A program made the translations under genes and the position numbers. The notes beneath the pieces are model-generated. The model did not search any database. It was not told the DNA's origin and saw nothing but the letters and a program-made list of their open reading frames with translations. 64,000 bases of DNA, from IMG/VR virus record IMGVR_UViG_3300025770_001492, positions 124,001 through 188,000 of that record; one strand, written 5' to 3'. Position 1 is the first letter of the stretch; each line of letters starts with the position of its first letter. Below are positions 1-9,388 of this stretch, one piece after another.

Positions 1-116
1 TACTCTGCACATGCAGCGAGCATTTCTTTCGCTTCTTCAACATCAGAAGTAAACCACAATCCAACTTGAGGATGCTTTAAGGTTCTGCCTGTCTTTTTAT
101 TCAATAAAGTATACAT
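1..116 (-). CDS. hypothetical protein (partial, runs off window)
   Basis: ATG at 116 overlaps the stop of the upstream gene; open frame MYTLLNKKTGRTLKHPQVGLWF... to the window edge. Confidence 0.65.
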   Translation of the reverse strand, partial: MYTLLNKKTGRTLKHPQVGLWFTSDVEEAKEMLAACAE

Positions 117-508
117 CAACCTATATTAGTATCAGGCGATGGAACTTGAACCGTTGAGTTAGCATTATTTTGAGCTTGTCCAAATTGTTGAGGCTGACCT
201 ATGCCGCCGCCACGAACCGAACCAGATTTTGGCGTCGAGGGTGGGGACATATTAGAAGCAGGGGGAACAGGATTCGGCTGAGTGCCGGGACTCATGTTTG
301 AAGCTGGTCTTTTGTTGTTTGTTTGCAATTTGTCAGACACATTAAATGCCGATCTGGGCTTTTTAGAACTATTTAAATTATCTTGAGGATTGATGCCTGC
401 CATTTGTGGATTAGCAGGTGCTACAGGGCTTTCTCCTGCCCTTCCTGCTGCGTTCATTCCTGTGGCACTTGCTCCCGTGCCTTGCTCAAGCCATTTTCTG
501 AATTCCAT
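116..508 (-). CDS. low-complexity (P/Q/N/G/S) protein with capsid-targeting-like N-terminus
   Basis: Starts MEFRKWLE; PASNMSP repeated; TACATA 5 nt upstream of ATG. Confidence 0.7.
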   Translation of the reverse strand: MEFRKWLEQGTGASATGMNAAGRAGESPVAPANPQMAGINPQDNLNSSKKPRSAFNVSDKLQTNNKRPASNMSPGTQPNPVPPASNMSPPSTPKSGSVRGGGIGQPQQFGQAQNNANSTVQVPSPDTNIG

Positions 509-522
509 ACTATTATGTAGAT

Positions 523-801
523 ATGGGACGTAAAAAAACGCTAATCAACAAGAAAAACAAGAAAAGATTAGAAAGCTGTGCTTTTTGCGAATGTGCAGAC
601 TATGAAATTTTAGATGTCCACAGAATAAACGAAGGAGCAGACGGAGGAAGATATACCAGTCACAACTCCTTGACTGTCTGTGCAAACTGCCATCGGAAAA
701 TTCATTCTGGAAAAATAAAAACATTCAGAAAGCATCTAAGCACTGGCGGATATGTCCTTCATTGTGAAATCGAAGGACAAGAACAGTTTTTGAAACTATG
801 A
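523..801 (+). CDS. HNH endonuclease
   Basis: CAFC...LDVHRI..GADGG...N...VCANCHRKIH. Confidence 0.85.
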   Translation: MGRKKTLINKKNKKRLESCAFCECADYEILDVHRINEGADGGRYTSHNSLTVCANCHRKIHSGKIKTFRKHLSTGGYVLHCEIEGQEQFLKL

Positions 802-1062
802 TTACTTCTTTGCGTTATTGTCAGGCAAAAATTTTGCTGCATCGGCTGGCTTTAGCTGGCCGCTATCGATTGCTTTTATAACATTATTTTTTACAGCATC
901 TTTTACGGCTTTAGAATCTCCACCACTTTTGATTGTTTTTGTGGTGTCTGCTTTAATTTGCTGGCTCAACTGAGAATTCTCTGCGTCCTTTTCCGCATTG
1001 CCCTGTTGTCCCACTTCCATCTCTTTAAGAGATACCCATTTTTCAAAAGAATAATTATTCAT
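802..1062 (-). CDS. hypothetical protein, capsid-targeting-like N-terminus
   Basis: MNNYSFEKWVSLKE; TAGATA 7 nt upstream of ATG. Confidence 0.7.
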   Translation of the reverse strand: MNNYSFEKWVSLKEMEVGQQGNAEKDAENSQLSQQIKADTTKTIKSGGDSKAVKDAVKNNVIKAIDSGQLKPADAAKFLPDNNAKK

Positions 1063-1119
1063 AGTAATTTATCTATGTTTGAAGCGTAAATATTTAAAAC
1101 TTTATTTAAGGATGGATAA

Positions 1120-1305
1120 ATGAAAAAAATACTAACTTTACTAATTTTGGGAATGTGTTTTTCCCTAACTGGATGCTCTTCCGACGACTCTTCCTGCTGC
1201 TGTGAGGGGGATAAATGCCATTGTGTGGATATCGGTGCCTGCTGCTGTGAAGAAGGCAAATGCAAAATAGAATGTGATTGCGAAGGATGCGATTGCAGCA
1301 AATAA
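1120..1305 (+). CDS. small Cys-rich (metallothionein-like) lipoprotein
   Basis: MKK + hydrophobic stretch + lipobox LTGC; mature part rich in CCC/CxC; AAGGA upstream. Confidence 0.75.
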   Translation: MKKILTLLILGMCFSLTGCSSDDSSCCCEGDKCHCVDIGACCCEEGKCKIECDCEGCDCSK

Positions 1306-1327
1306 ACGTTGCGCAGACCACATAGCA

Positions 1328-1831
1328 TCAAATAGGTTTCAACCTCGCCATAAACTCTATCTCTTCTATCATGGCGACAACGCCTTCTTTAATCAAGTCA
1401 TCTACGGCTGTCTCTACTCCGAACCTTTTTCCGGGTCGCTGTAGATGATCCTTGTAGTCGTGACACAATATATCCTTAGCTCCACATCTAATTGATCCTA
1501 ATATATCCCTCTTCACAACCTCTGCATCGTGGTTGCCATCAATAAAAGCAAAATCTATTGATTCAGTAGTGGATTCAAAAAAATTATCACTAGACATGTG
1601 ATGAACAATACAATTGGTTAATTTCCTTGCTTTTATTCCAGCTACGAAAGCTGCCTTCCATTCTTCAATAGGCCATATATCGACACAATGAATTTTGCCG
1701 TTGCATATTTCAGCCATTGGAAAAATTGATGCACCTTGATATACGCCTATGTTGACTATATTCTGATAATTGTTTTCTTTGACAATCTCAGCCATTATTT
1801 GATATTGCTTATTTGAGCATTTTCCTCTCAT
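1328..1831 (-). CDS. class I SAM methyltransferase (Methyltransf_24-like)
   Basis: IGVYQGAS, CVDIW, FAFIDGNH, LCHDY; start chosen at ATG 1831 behind TATATA. Confidence 0.8.
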   Translation of the reverse strand: MRGKCSNKQYQIMAEIVKENNYQNIVNIGVYQGASIFPMAEICNGKIHCVDIWPIEEWKAAFVAGIKARKLTNCIVHHMSSDNFFESTTESIDFAFIDGNHDAEVVKRDILGSIRCGAKDILCHDYKDHLQRPGKRFGVETAVDDLIKEGVVAMIEEIEFMARLKPI

Positions 1832-1897
1832 GCCAGTATATAGTAATATCAAATAAATTGTATTTTTAAAAAGTTTGAGGTGTGGGTAAATAAATAT

Positions 1898-2659
1898 ATG
1901 ATTAATGTCTTAATGTGTACTTATAAATCTGGCGATGTATTGCCTTTATCTTTAAAGCCTCTTGTGGACTTTCCGGGAATCACCAAGATACTCATAGCAG
2001 ATGGTCCTCATGGTGGCCCAATTAAGCCGGGAATAAAATTTGATGAACCTTCTGTCTACAAGATAGCAGAAAAGTTTAACAAAAGTGGAAAAATACATTA
2101 TGAGTATACTGACACCTGCAAAAACAGAGCATTGAAGAACAACAGTGTTTTAAAGCACACTACAGACGATTGCAAATGGATTTTAAATGTAGACTCTGAT
2201 GAGGTTTATCACGAAGATGGGTTGAAAAGGCTATTTGAATTCATCCTCACTACTGGCAATGGGTACGATAAATATAGAATCAAAACTATTGACCCTATTG
2301 ATGATTTTTTCCACGAGATCAGAATACCAGATTGGAAGCCAAGACTTTACAAATACAAAAAAGGATACATCTGTCCTCCGGGCGATTGTAGAGCACATCA
2401 ATATGTTGTTGACCCAAACAAAATAAATTCTCACAGAGAAGCAATAGAAAAATTGCCAGAAGACATTTGTAAAATATATCATCTAAATGCTTTGAGAAAC
2501 GCAAGTCTCCCACGCAAGAGAATTAAAACACTTAAGGATGGTTCATATTGTTGGAGTGGCGGCAAAATGAAATTCTATTCTGAGAAATTCGAAATAGATC
2601 GAAAAGAAATACCTAACTGTATATTGAAATTAAACAAGGATACATTGTGGACTATATAA
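1898..2659 (+). CDS. glycosyltransferase family 2-like
   Basis: N-terminal VLMCTY, ILIADG, WILNVDSDE (DxD), PRLYK. Confidence 0.75.
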   Translation: MINVLMCTYKSGDVLPLSLKPLVDFPGITKILIADGPHGGPIKPGIKFDEPSVYKIAEKFNKSGKIHYEYTDTCKNRALKNNSVLKHTTDDCKWILNVDSDEVYHEDGLKRLFEFILTTGNGYDKYRIKTIDPIDDFFHEIRIPDWKPRLYKYKKGYICPPGDCRAHQYVVDPNKINSHREAIEKLPEDICKIYHLNALRNASLPRKRIKTLKDGSYCWSGGKMKFYSEKFEIDRKEIPNCILKLNKDTLWTI

Positions 2660-3321
2660 AATGGGCACAAACCGCAATAGAAAATGCTGGCAAAGAAGTT
2701 TCTAAGCTTAACAAGGGTGCTCTTATGGTTGACGGCATGTCTTCTACGAAGAGTCGCCATCTTCTTAATAATTTATGTGCATTTCCTGAAGCCGTTTATT
2801 TTGAGATAGGAAGTTGGAAAGGATCAACCATTATTGCTGCCTCGTTTGAAAATGAAGGTAAATTCTACGCTTTAGACCAATTCTCGTCTAAGTTTAAACA
2901 AAAAGAAAGTGCATCGGTAGACTTTTATGCTAACAAAGAAAGATTCTCTAAGCATTGCGATTATACTTTCTTCGAAGAAAACAGTTGGGAATTTGACGTG
3001 TCCAAGATAGAAGAAAAGGTTAATGTTTACTTCTATGATGGAGACCACACTCCTGAAGGCACCATTAAAGCTTTTACGCATTACAATGATGTTTTCGCAG
3101 ACACATTTATTATGGTGATGGATGATTGGAATAGAGGACACATTAGAACTTCCACTAAGGCTGCACTGAAGGGCTATAAGATACTCTTTGAGCAAGAGTT
3201 TTTTACTCCCGGTGGCAAGAATGACCCACATGGAACAAAAAGACTTGGATGCATGGAAGGAAGAGAAGTTGACACTTGGTGGAATGGTCTTTACTTGGCT
3301 GTGTTAGAAAAAACATCATAG
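2647..3321 (+). CDS. class I SAM methyltransferase (Methyltransf_24-like)
   Basis: YFEIGSWKGST, YFYDGDH, VMDDW, WWNG. Confidence 0.8.
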   Translation: MDYIKWAQTAIENAGKEVSKLNKGALMVDGMSSTKSRHLLNNLCAFPEAVYFEIGSWKGSTIIAASFENEGKFYALDQFSSKFKQKESASVDFYANKERFSKHCDYTFFEENSWEFDVSKIEEKVNVYFYDGDHTPEGTIKAFTHYNDVFADTFIMVMDDWNRGHIRTSTKAALKGYKILFEQEFFTPGGKNDPHGTKRLGCMEGREVDTWWNGLYLAVLEKTS

Positions 3322-3884
3322 TATTTGTCTGCAAACCAATTGACTTCTTTAAGAAAACTTTCCTTGCATTTTGTGTCGATGTCTTCAAAATTATCACAGT
3401 GATATTCTTTGTTTGTATTTATCTTTATATCTAAATCTTCTTGACATATTTCAACGTCATTGATTTCAAAATCATCAAGCAAGGATTGCAAATAAACAAT
3501 ATCAGTTGTCATTTTTTCAAATCTTATCATCTTTATACCTTCTTCTAAATAGGAGTCTAGTATAGTGTAATGTTCTTTCATAAAAGGAACAACTGTTTCG
3601 CATTTAAATTTAGGTCTTCTATTGTATGCGGATAGAAAAACATCATGAGGGTGACGAATTAGAATGGCTTTTTTTTCAACCTCTAAGTCTTTGAAAACAT
3701 TCATCAAATAAGAATTAACTTCTCCATAAAAATCTTTTTGAAATCTGGGTTGGACTTTTTCTATTGGTGCTTTTCTTTGTATGCCCGGTTCATGCAAAAC
3801 AGTCCAAACTTCAGACCTATTCATTAATTGGCTTAAAAAAGTAGTACCACTTCTCCCCATGCCTGTAATTGCAAAATTCTTCAT
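3291..3884 (-). CDS. sulfotransferase-family protein
   Basis: PAPS 5'PSB-like ITGMGRSGTTFL, HEP, LIRHPHDVFLS; ATG 3884 coupled to upstream stop. Confidence 0.75.
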   Translation of the reverse strand: MKNFAITGMGRSGTTFLSQLMNRSEVWTVLHEPGIQRKAPIEKVQPRFQKDFYGEVNSYLMNVFKDLEVEKKAILIRHPHDVFLSAYNRRPKFKCETVVPFMKEHYTILDSYLEEGIKMIRFEKMTTDIVYLQSLLDDFEINDVEICQEDLDIKINTNKEYHCDNFEDIDTKCKESFLKEVNWFADKYYDVFSNTAK

Positions 3885-4507
3885 AGTTCTAGCAAAGCCC
3901 TCAATACAGTATTTTTTCTTTTTACATCTAGCACTTTTGCCCATTTGCTGAGGTAATCTTCAAATTCTTTCTCTGAATACCACCAATGCACATGCGTAGG
4001 ATGATTGTAATGCTCCTTAAAGGGCACAGAGATTAACATCTTGGCCGCAGGCTTAGTAAGCTTCTTTAAGCCCTCAAATATCTCCGTAGGGTCTTCTACG
4101 TGCTCGAAACAATGAGATGACCATACAGAGTCATATTCAGCTTCTTCTACCGTCTCATCTAGGTGTAAACACTCAAACGACACATCGTCTTGTATTTCGT
4201 GAGGCTGCAAGCCTTTGAGATAATTAGCTATTGCAATTGCTGTGCGGCTATTATCGATACCATGCACCTTGCGGCCTTTAAAGGCTAGGCAGATGTCAGA
4301 ATGCCCTGAGCCGCATCCAAAATCAATGGTGTGCCCCGATATCTCAGGATATGATTCTAACATGTCCAAGTATTCAAAATGCTTAGCCCAAAATTTGAAA
4401 TACATTGTATGACGCTGCTTACTAAACATCCTGATATAGAAGATGTCATCTTCATCCCCTATGTCTTGTATGAGTTTAGCCAGTGTTGGGATGTCAGGCT
4501 CTACCAT
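3881..4507 (-). CDS. class I SAM methyltransferase
   Basis: IDFGCGSG, GIDNS, YDSVWSSHCFEHVEDP, ISVP. Confidence 0.85.
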   Translation of the reverse strand: MVEPDIPTLAKLIQDIGDEDDIFYIRMFSKQRHTMYFKFWAKHFEYLDMLESYPEISGHTIDFGCGSGHSDICLAFKGRKVHGIDNSRTAIAIANYLKGLQPHEIQDDVSFECLHLDETVEEAEYDSVWSSHCFEHVEDPTEIFEGLKKLTKPAAKMLISVPFKEHYNHPTHVHWWYSEKEFEDYLSKWAKVLDVKRKNTVLRALLEL

Positions 4508-5301
4508 GCGATATACTTACTCCAAAAGTCAATGTTGTCTAATATTGTTTGAGGATAGGTTTCGTCAACTGGGACCTTCGTAAGCGTTTGAACTTCGCCA
4601 GTCGAGAGCGTTCTGTCAAAAGGGTCTTGTTGTTTTGAAATTCTTTCTTTAATCTTTTCTTCATCCGTGAACTTGTTTTTCATAAATTCAGGATGTCCTG
4701 CATTATTGATCTTGTAAGCAATTCCTTCAGGATCGGTAAGATAACTAAAGTGCTTGCCATCTGTATTTATGACACCAATGCCCTTGCGTTCATTTCGGAG
4801 TTTATAAATATTTTCATTCCGCTTTCTCAGTTCTCTGCCTGTAATGGCGTAAGAACATCTCCATCCCTTATTTGCGTCTTTCTGGCCTCTTTGCAGATTA
4901 ATCTTGTAGTAATAGCAATGCATCGCCAGCTTTACGAAACCATGCTCAGACGCAGCATCGATGATCCTCGGAAGGTCTTTCTTGTTGTTAATTTCATCAA
5001 GGTCAGAACAAATCAGCACATCGTCATCATCGTAATCAAAGAATCTTAAAACACCATTCTTTTGAATGGTGTCATTCGGCCTATGAGCATTGGGTGAGAA
5101 TTCATCTTCAATAAAACAAAACTCTACTTTTGGATTGTTTTCATGCTTGTTGCCTTTTAAATTTAAAGGCTTTGGCAAACAATGCAGCGACTGATTCGAT
5201 TCAATAAGAAATATCTTATCTACCGTATCTATTTCTTCAGCAACCTTCAAATCAAGAAGGTCGTATTCATTAAAAAAAGGGGAACAACTATAAACTTTCA
5301 T
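4501..5301 (-). CDS. glycosyltransferase family 17-like (beta-1,4-GlcNAc transferase)
   Basis: FFNEYDLL, FLIESN, KPL, ICSDLDEI, YYY, GKHFSYL. Confidence 0.8.
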   Translation of the reverse strand: MKVYSCSPFFNEYDLLDLKVAEEIDTVDKIFLIESNQSLHCLPKPLNLKGNKHENNPKVEFCFIEDEFSPNAHRPNDTIQKNGVLRFFDYDDDDVLICSDLDEINNKKDLPRIIDAASEHGFVKLAMHCYYYKINLQRGQKDANKGWRCSYAITGRELRKRNENIYKLRNERKGIGVINTDGKHFSYLTDPEGIAYKINNAGHPEFMKNKFTDEEKIKERISKQQDPFDRTLSTGEVQTLTKVPVDETYPQTILDNIDFWSKYIAW

Positions 5302-6440
5302 TTTGACCACCACCAAAAATTTCTATCTTTTTTATAACCAGGAAGTAATTCCATTACGGCTCTTTCAACTCCTCCCTCAAGGTCGTGACGACCTTTGTGA
5401 GCAGAAGCAATATCGTCTCCGCAAAGAACACCGTTCTTAGTTAGTTTGGGAAGCAACGTTTTAATTGTTTTTTTCACACTCTCATAGTCATGAGACGCAT
5501 CAATGTGGCAAAATTTAACTGGTTTGTCTAATTTTTCCAGATAGTCAAAACAATCCATTTGATGTACTTTTACATTCCCTTTTGTGTGCTTCTCTATATT
5601 CTCATCAAAAATTGCCTTTACATCTACTGAAGCTGCGACCTTGGCCGTAGGATGAAGCTTTCCTGTAACGTTGCCTTCGTCGATATTGCCCTTCCATGTA
5701 TCGCAAGCATTAAAGGACATAGGCCATATTTTATTGGCAATTGCTGAACAACTCTTTCCTTTCCAGCAGCCGATTTCTATAAACAAGCCTTCGTCAGAAG
5801 TATCCAAAGCCATATTGACAACATTAATTAAAGACTTAACTTGATAGTCTGTATACTGATTCTCCATGTTGTCCGTGCTTCTTTTAAGGATCGTTAGGCC
5901 GCTGCAATTTGCATGATGCTCTAATTGATCCCAATCATCATTAGAACTCAAAAACTCCTCAATAGCTGGTTTAAGTCCTTTAGCACCAGTGTTGTGACCA
6001 CCAACAAGACCACAACTTTCTGTGTCGTGCATCACTATGTACTTAGTAACTTTGTTATGATGAAGTTCAAGCTCTTTCTTTAAATGATCGTATGTGTGAA
6101 AAGAATCAATGAAAAGCAAATCTGTTTTTTCTATTTCTGTTTCTACTGAACTCTCATGTTTAAATTCAAACTCAGTTCCTTCTGAAAGTTCTCCAATTTG
6201 CCCTACGCTTCCTTTTGGATGAATGTCGTATGTTACAAATTTACTCGGCCTTGCGGCAAGCCAGCAAACCGTTGAAACTCCATGCCTTGCACCAAATTCA
6301 GTAACATGACTGCACTCTTTGGCAAGGGAAAGCATTCTTGGAAAATGAGCATTAATGTCAGAAGAGGTTTTCTCACATATTTTGTAAAGACCAGACAAAG
6401 TAGGGCTGTCGGATTCAAGATAGTCAATTAGTTGTTTCAT
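5298..6440 (-). CDS. tandem two-domain SAM methyltransferase (2x Methyltransf_24-like)
   Basis: Domain 1 TEFGARHGVST..LFIDSFH..MHDT; domain 2 IEIGCWKGKS..HIDASHDY..CGDD. Confidence 0.8.
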   Translation of the reverse strand: MKQLIDYLESDSPTLSGLYKICEKTSSDINAHFPRMLSLAKECSHVTEFGARHGVSTVCWLAARPSKFVTYDIHPKGSVGQIGELSEGTEFEFKHESSVETEIEKTDLLFIDSFHTYDHLKKELELHHNKVTKYIVMHDTESCGLVGGHNTGAKGLKPAIEEFLSSNDDWDQLEHHANCSGLTILKRSTDNMENQYTDYQVKSLINVVNMALDTSDEGLFIEIGCWKGKSCSAIANKIWPMSFNACDTWKGNIDEGNVTGKLHPTAKVAASVDVKAIFDENIEKHTKGNVKVHQMDCFDYLEKLDKPVKFCHIDASHDYESVKKTIKTLLPKLTKNGVLCGDDIASAHKGRHDLEGGVERAVMELLPGYKKDRNFWWWSK

Positions 6441-6481
6441 TTTTTCTCCTCAATATTCTCTTGCTTGTTTTTCGACATATT

Positions 6482-7474
6482 TTAATTTCCTTTTGATACG
6501 TACTCTTTCATTCCGATTGAAGAAAAATAAGAATCTCCATAAATTCTAAAAGAGTCCTGAAGAGGTTGTTTTGCCTTGATTGCTTCTTTTAGATTCGTCT
6601 CAATCATGCCGTTACGACTCGAAATGTAATCGGCACGGCTCAAAATGCCCGCCTCAACAGATTGAACAGTTTTAACCGAACCCCATTCGGGAAGTCCGTG
6701 GTGACTGGCGATCAGATGAAGAACTTCATTAACCCAATCTTGCGTCACAAAGCTATCGCCTTGAAGTTTCTTCTTCTCTTGAGACACAAGTTCCATGCCA
6801 TAAAACAAATGACCAATAGTTCTCTCTGTTGTCAATGTTTCTGCGATACCCATATCGTTAAGATAATAAGTTTCAACTTTTCCAAGATCGTGAAGAATTG
6901 CTCCAGAAAACAACGCATCTCTATTTATAAAACTGTATCTCTTGCTTGCATCTGCAATTGCTCTACATAGATCTAAAACTTCAGAAGTGTGAACAATTAG
7001 TCCGCCACCATAATTGTGGTGAACTTTCCCGGCTGCGGGGCAAGCTCTCAATTTTTCTACGTCGAATGTCGAAAGACATTGCATGGTGAACTTGTGATGC
7101 TTATCATCGTCCCAAAAGCTAGAATCAGAAATAAGATTCAAAGCAGACCTCATCTCTTCTTCAGATGCTTTTTCAAATTCTAATATAGAGTGCTCTTCTT
7201 GCGGCAGCGTTTCTTTAGTGAGCCTGTGAAAGCCTCTGATGACGATGCTGCCCCGTTCGGCAAACTGGTCGTCATATCCTGTAATCTCAATAATGTCGCC
7301 CGTGTGAGGGAAAAGTGGCGACTCCTCAGCATTTGATGGTGCATTCCACATTAGAGACTTGATATTTCCGACACATGTTTTTAAAGCATTTTGCCAAAAG
7401 TAATCGCCATTCTTTGTGGTTCTTTTTTCCTGCTCAATTACGAGAGCATAAATCGGTACTGGTAATTGTGTCAT
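6482..7474 (-). CDS. YhaM/Cbf1-like OB-fold + HD-domain 3'-5' exoribonuclease
   Basis: N-terminal OB-like region (RTTKNGDYF); PAAGKVHHNYGGGLIVHT, ILHDLGK, GH, SHHG, ADYISS. Confidence 0.85.
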   Translation of the reverse strand: MTQLPVPIYALVIEQEKRTTKNGDYFWQNALKTCVGNIKSLMWNAPSNAEESPLFPHTGDIIEITGYDDQFAERGSIVIRGFHRLTKETLPQEEHSILEFEKASEEEMRSALNLISDSSFWDDDKHHKFTMQCLSTFDVEKLRACPAAGKVHHNYGGGLIVHTSEVLDLCRAIADASKRYSFINRDALFSGAILHDLGKVETYYLNDMGIAETLTTERTIGHLFYGMELVSQEKKKLQGDSFVTQDWVNEVLHLIASHHGLPEWGSVKTVQSVEAGILSRADYISSRNGMIETNLKEAIKAKQPLQDSFRIYGDSYFSSIGMKEYVSKGN

Positions 7475-7507
7475 AATAGGAATTTATACTATTTCGAGAA
7501 TGTTGAA

Positions 7508-8938
7508 TCAAGATCGACTTGCCTTGTTTATTATTTCTGTTGTTGACATGCCTTCAAGCAATTCAACAAATCTAACGTCTTCCACCAAATCGGAGCCAAT
7601 AACGACCTTGCCTTCCCAATCTCCACCTTTTACCAAAACATCAGGCATTATCTTTTTGATCAATGCATATGGAGTTTTCTGGTCAAAGGAAACGACAAAA
7701 TCAACACATTCTAACGCTGCCAGCATCTTTACTCTATCTTCTAGAGGAATTATTGGCCGCTTGTCACCTTTTATTCTTTTAATGCTATCATCAGAATTAA
7801 TGCCAACAACTAACTTGTCGCCAAACGATTTAGCTTCTTCCAAAACTTTTAAATGACCTGAATGTAATAGATCATAACACCCATTTGTAAAAACAAGTTT
7901 ATAATCTCTTTCTTGAGGAGGCATTGTCAATTTATCTGTACTCATAAGTATATCCGATGGTTTAATAGGCTTGTTGTGAGAGTTTTGCACATAAATTGCA
8001 CCAGCCTCATAAGCAATCTCACATGCATCAATTATATCCATCCCAACAGAAAGAGCCATGGCAAGGAAGGCGGCGAAGCAATCCCCTGCCCCAATTACAG
8101 ATTTAGCCTTGATGCTATCCCCCGATCTGTAATTAAAGTGCTTCCCGCCAACCTTACCGTATACTCCGTCGCCCCCATTTGTAACAACGACAGCCATGCA
8201 ACCGATTTTAGCTTGAAAATAATTGCACTGCTCTATCGGGTCTTCAAGCCCAGAAAGCTTTTTGGCTTCAAGAAAGTTAGGCTTAAACACAGTACATCCA
8301 CGCCACTTCTCAACCGGCCCATTTTTTGGGTCTACGATTGTTATAGTGTTTCCATCAGTGAGTGATGGCCAATCGACAAAAGTACCGTGAGAGTCTTCCT
8401 CGAAAATGCCTTTTCCATAATCTGAAAAGATTGCGACATCAAAACTTGATTTAAGCCACTCTGTTTGAAGTCGATCCCTAGCTTTTATAAAGTGTTCAGA
8501 TGAAAGTCCATAATTTTCCTTTTCAACATCAAGCCTGCATAGGGGGAAATCTCTTTGATAAAACCTGTTTTTTGTTGGTATTTTTTGACCGTATGATTCT
8601 TCAATATTCACAGATTCGTAAAAATTGACTTGGTTTTCATGCTGAAAACCAAGTCCCCAACTCTCAGAATTGAAAACTTTTAATGCCAAATCGTCAACAT
8701 ATCCCAAAAGTTCAACTCTTACAGGGAAGTGTTTAAATTGGGAGACAACATTGGCAGCACCACCAGGAACTGACTTTTCTGGCGATTCCCCTTCCATCAG
8801 CATCACAGGAATAGGGAATTCAGGACTGACTCGGTTTGCGCCAACTCTAAAATAGTTGTCAATCATGCAATCGCCAATAACTCCTATTCTTGGCGATTGC
8901 GTTTTGATGTTTTCTAAAAAAGTATTAAACTTATTCAT
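7508..8938 (-). CDS. hldE: bifunctional heptose-7-phosphate kinase / heptose-1-phosphate adenylyltransferase
   Basis: PfkB domain (GDCMID, RVSPE, GGAANV, SDYGKG, VDPK, GAGD) + FTNGCYDLLHSGH nucleotidyltransferase, KGGDW, STT. Confidence 0.92.
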   Translation of the reverse strand: MNKFNTFLENIKTQSPRIGVIGDCMIDNYFRVGANRVSPEFPIPVMLMEGESPEKSVPGGAANVVSQFKHFPVRVELLGYVDDLALKVFNSESWGLGFQHENQVNFYESVNIEESYGQKIPTKNRFYQRDFPLCRLDVEKENYGLSSEHFIKARDRLQTEWLKSSFDVAIFSDYGKGIFEEDSHGTFVDWPSLTDGNTITIVDPKNGPVEKWRGCTVFKPNFLEAKKLSGLEDPIEQCNYFQAKIGCMAVVVTNGGDGVYGKVGGKHFNYRSGDSIKAKSVIGAGDCFAAFLAMALSVGMDIIDACEIAYEAGAIYVQNSHNKPIKPSDILMSTDKLTMPPQERDYKLVFTNGCYDLLHSGHLKVLEEAKSFGDKLVVGINSDDSIKRIKGDKRPIIPLEDRVKMLAALECVDFVVSFDQKTPYALIKKIMPDVLVKGGDWEGKVVIGSDLVEDVRFVELLEGMSTTEIINKASRS

Positions 8939-8972
8939 GACGCAATAATAGAGTTACCTTTTTACAAATTAT

Positions 8973-9013
8973 AAAAAAAACGGGTGATCTATCGTAACTT
9001 AGATCACCCGTTT
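8973..9013 (-). terminator. intrinsic terminator
   Basis: AAACGGGTGATCT / AGATCACCCGTTT stem; A-run on + strand gives U-tract on -. Confidence 0.75.
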
Positions 9014-9082
9014 ATTAAGGAGAAATTGACCCAGTAAACATCAGGTCAACCAACACAATGGCGTTTGTGCAATCTAAAGTAG

Positions 9083-9388
9083 TTACTTCAAAGTTTTTTT
9101 AAAATGATTTTCACAAGATTTTATTGCAGGGTTCTTCTTACGATGTCTTGAGATAATGCGTTCAGAAAAAGTTTTAGAATTTCTTCCCTGAAATTCTTCA
9201 ATCACAATCGCATAGTAAGCATCGGGCATTGCGCCGTTCCCTAAAAAAATATGAGAATGGATGACTTTGTAGCAATTACACTTGCTTTCCCATATCCTTC
9301 GGTCGGATACGTCAGTGCGATCCTTTTTACATCGTTTTTTCCAGACAAGACTATTATTCCCCATACACTGTATTATGCGTCCTTGCAC
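9083..9388 (-). CDS. hypothetical protein
   Basis: ORF continuing the minus-strand operon; start uncertain. Confidence 0.55.
   Translation of the reverse strand: MQGRIIQCMGNNSLVWKKRCKKDRTDVSDRRIWESKCNCYKVIHSHIFLGNGAMPDAYYAIVIEEFQGRNSKTFSERIISRHRKKNPAIKSCENHFKKTLK

Noticed and set aside
7508-8938. MNKFNTFLE of HldE as a capsid-targeting peptide
   Set aside because: Weak match without the TANATA box; may be an ordinary amphipathic start helix
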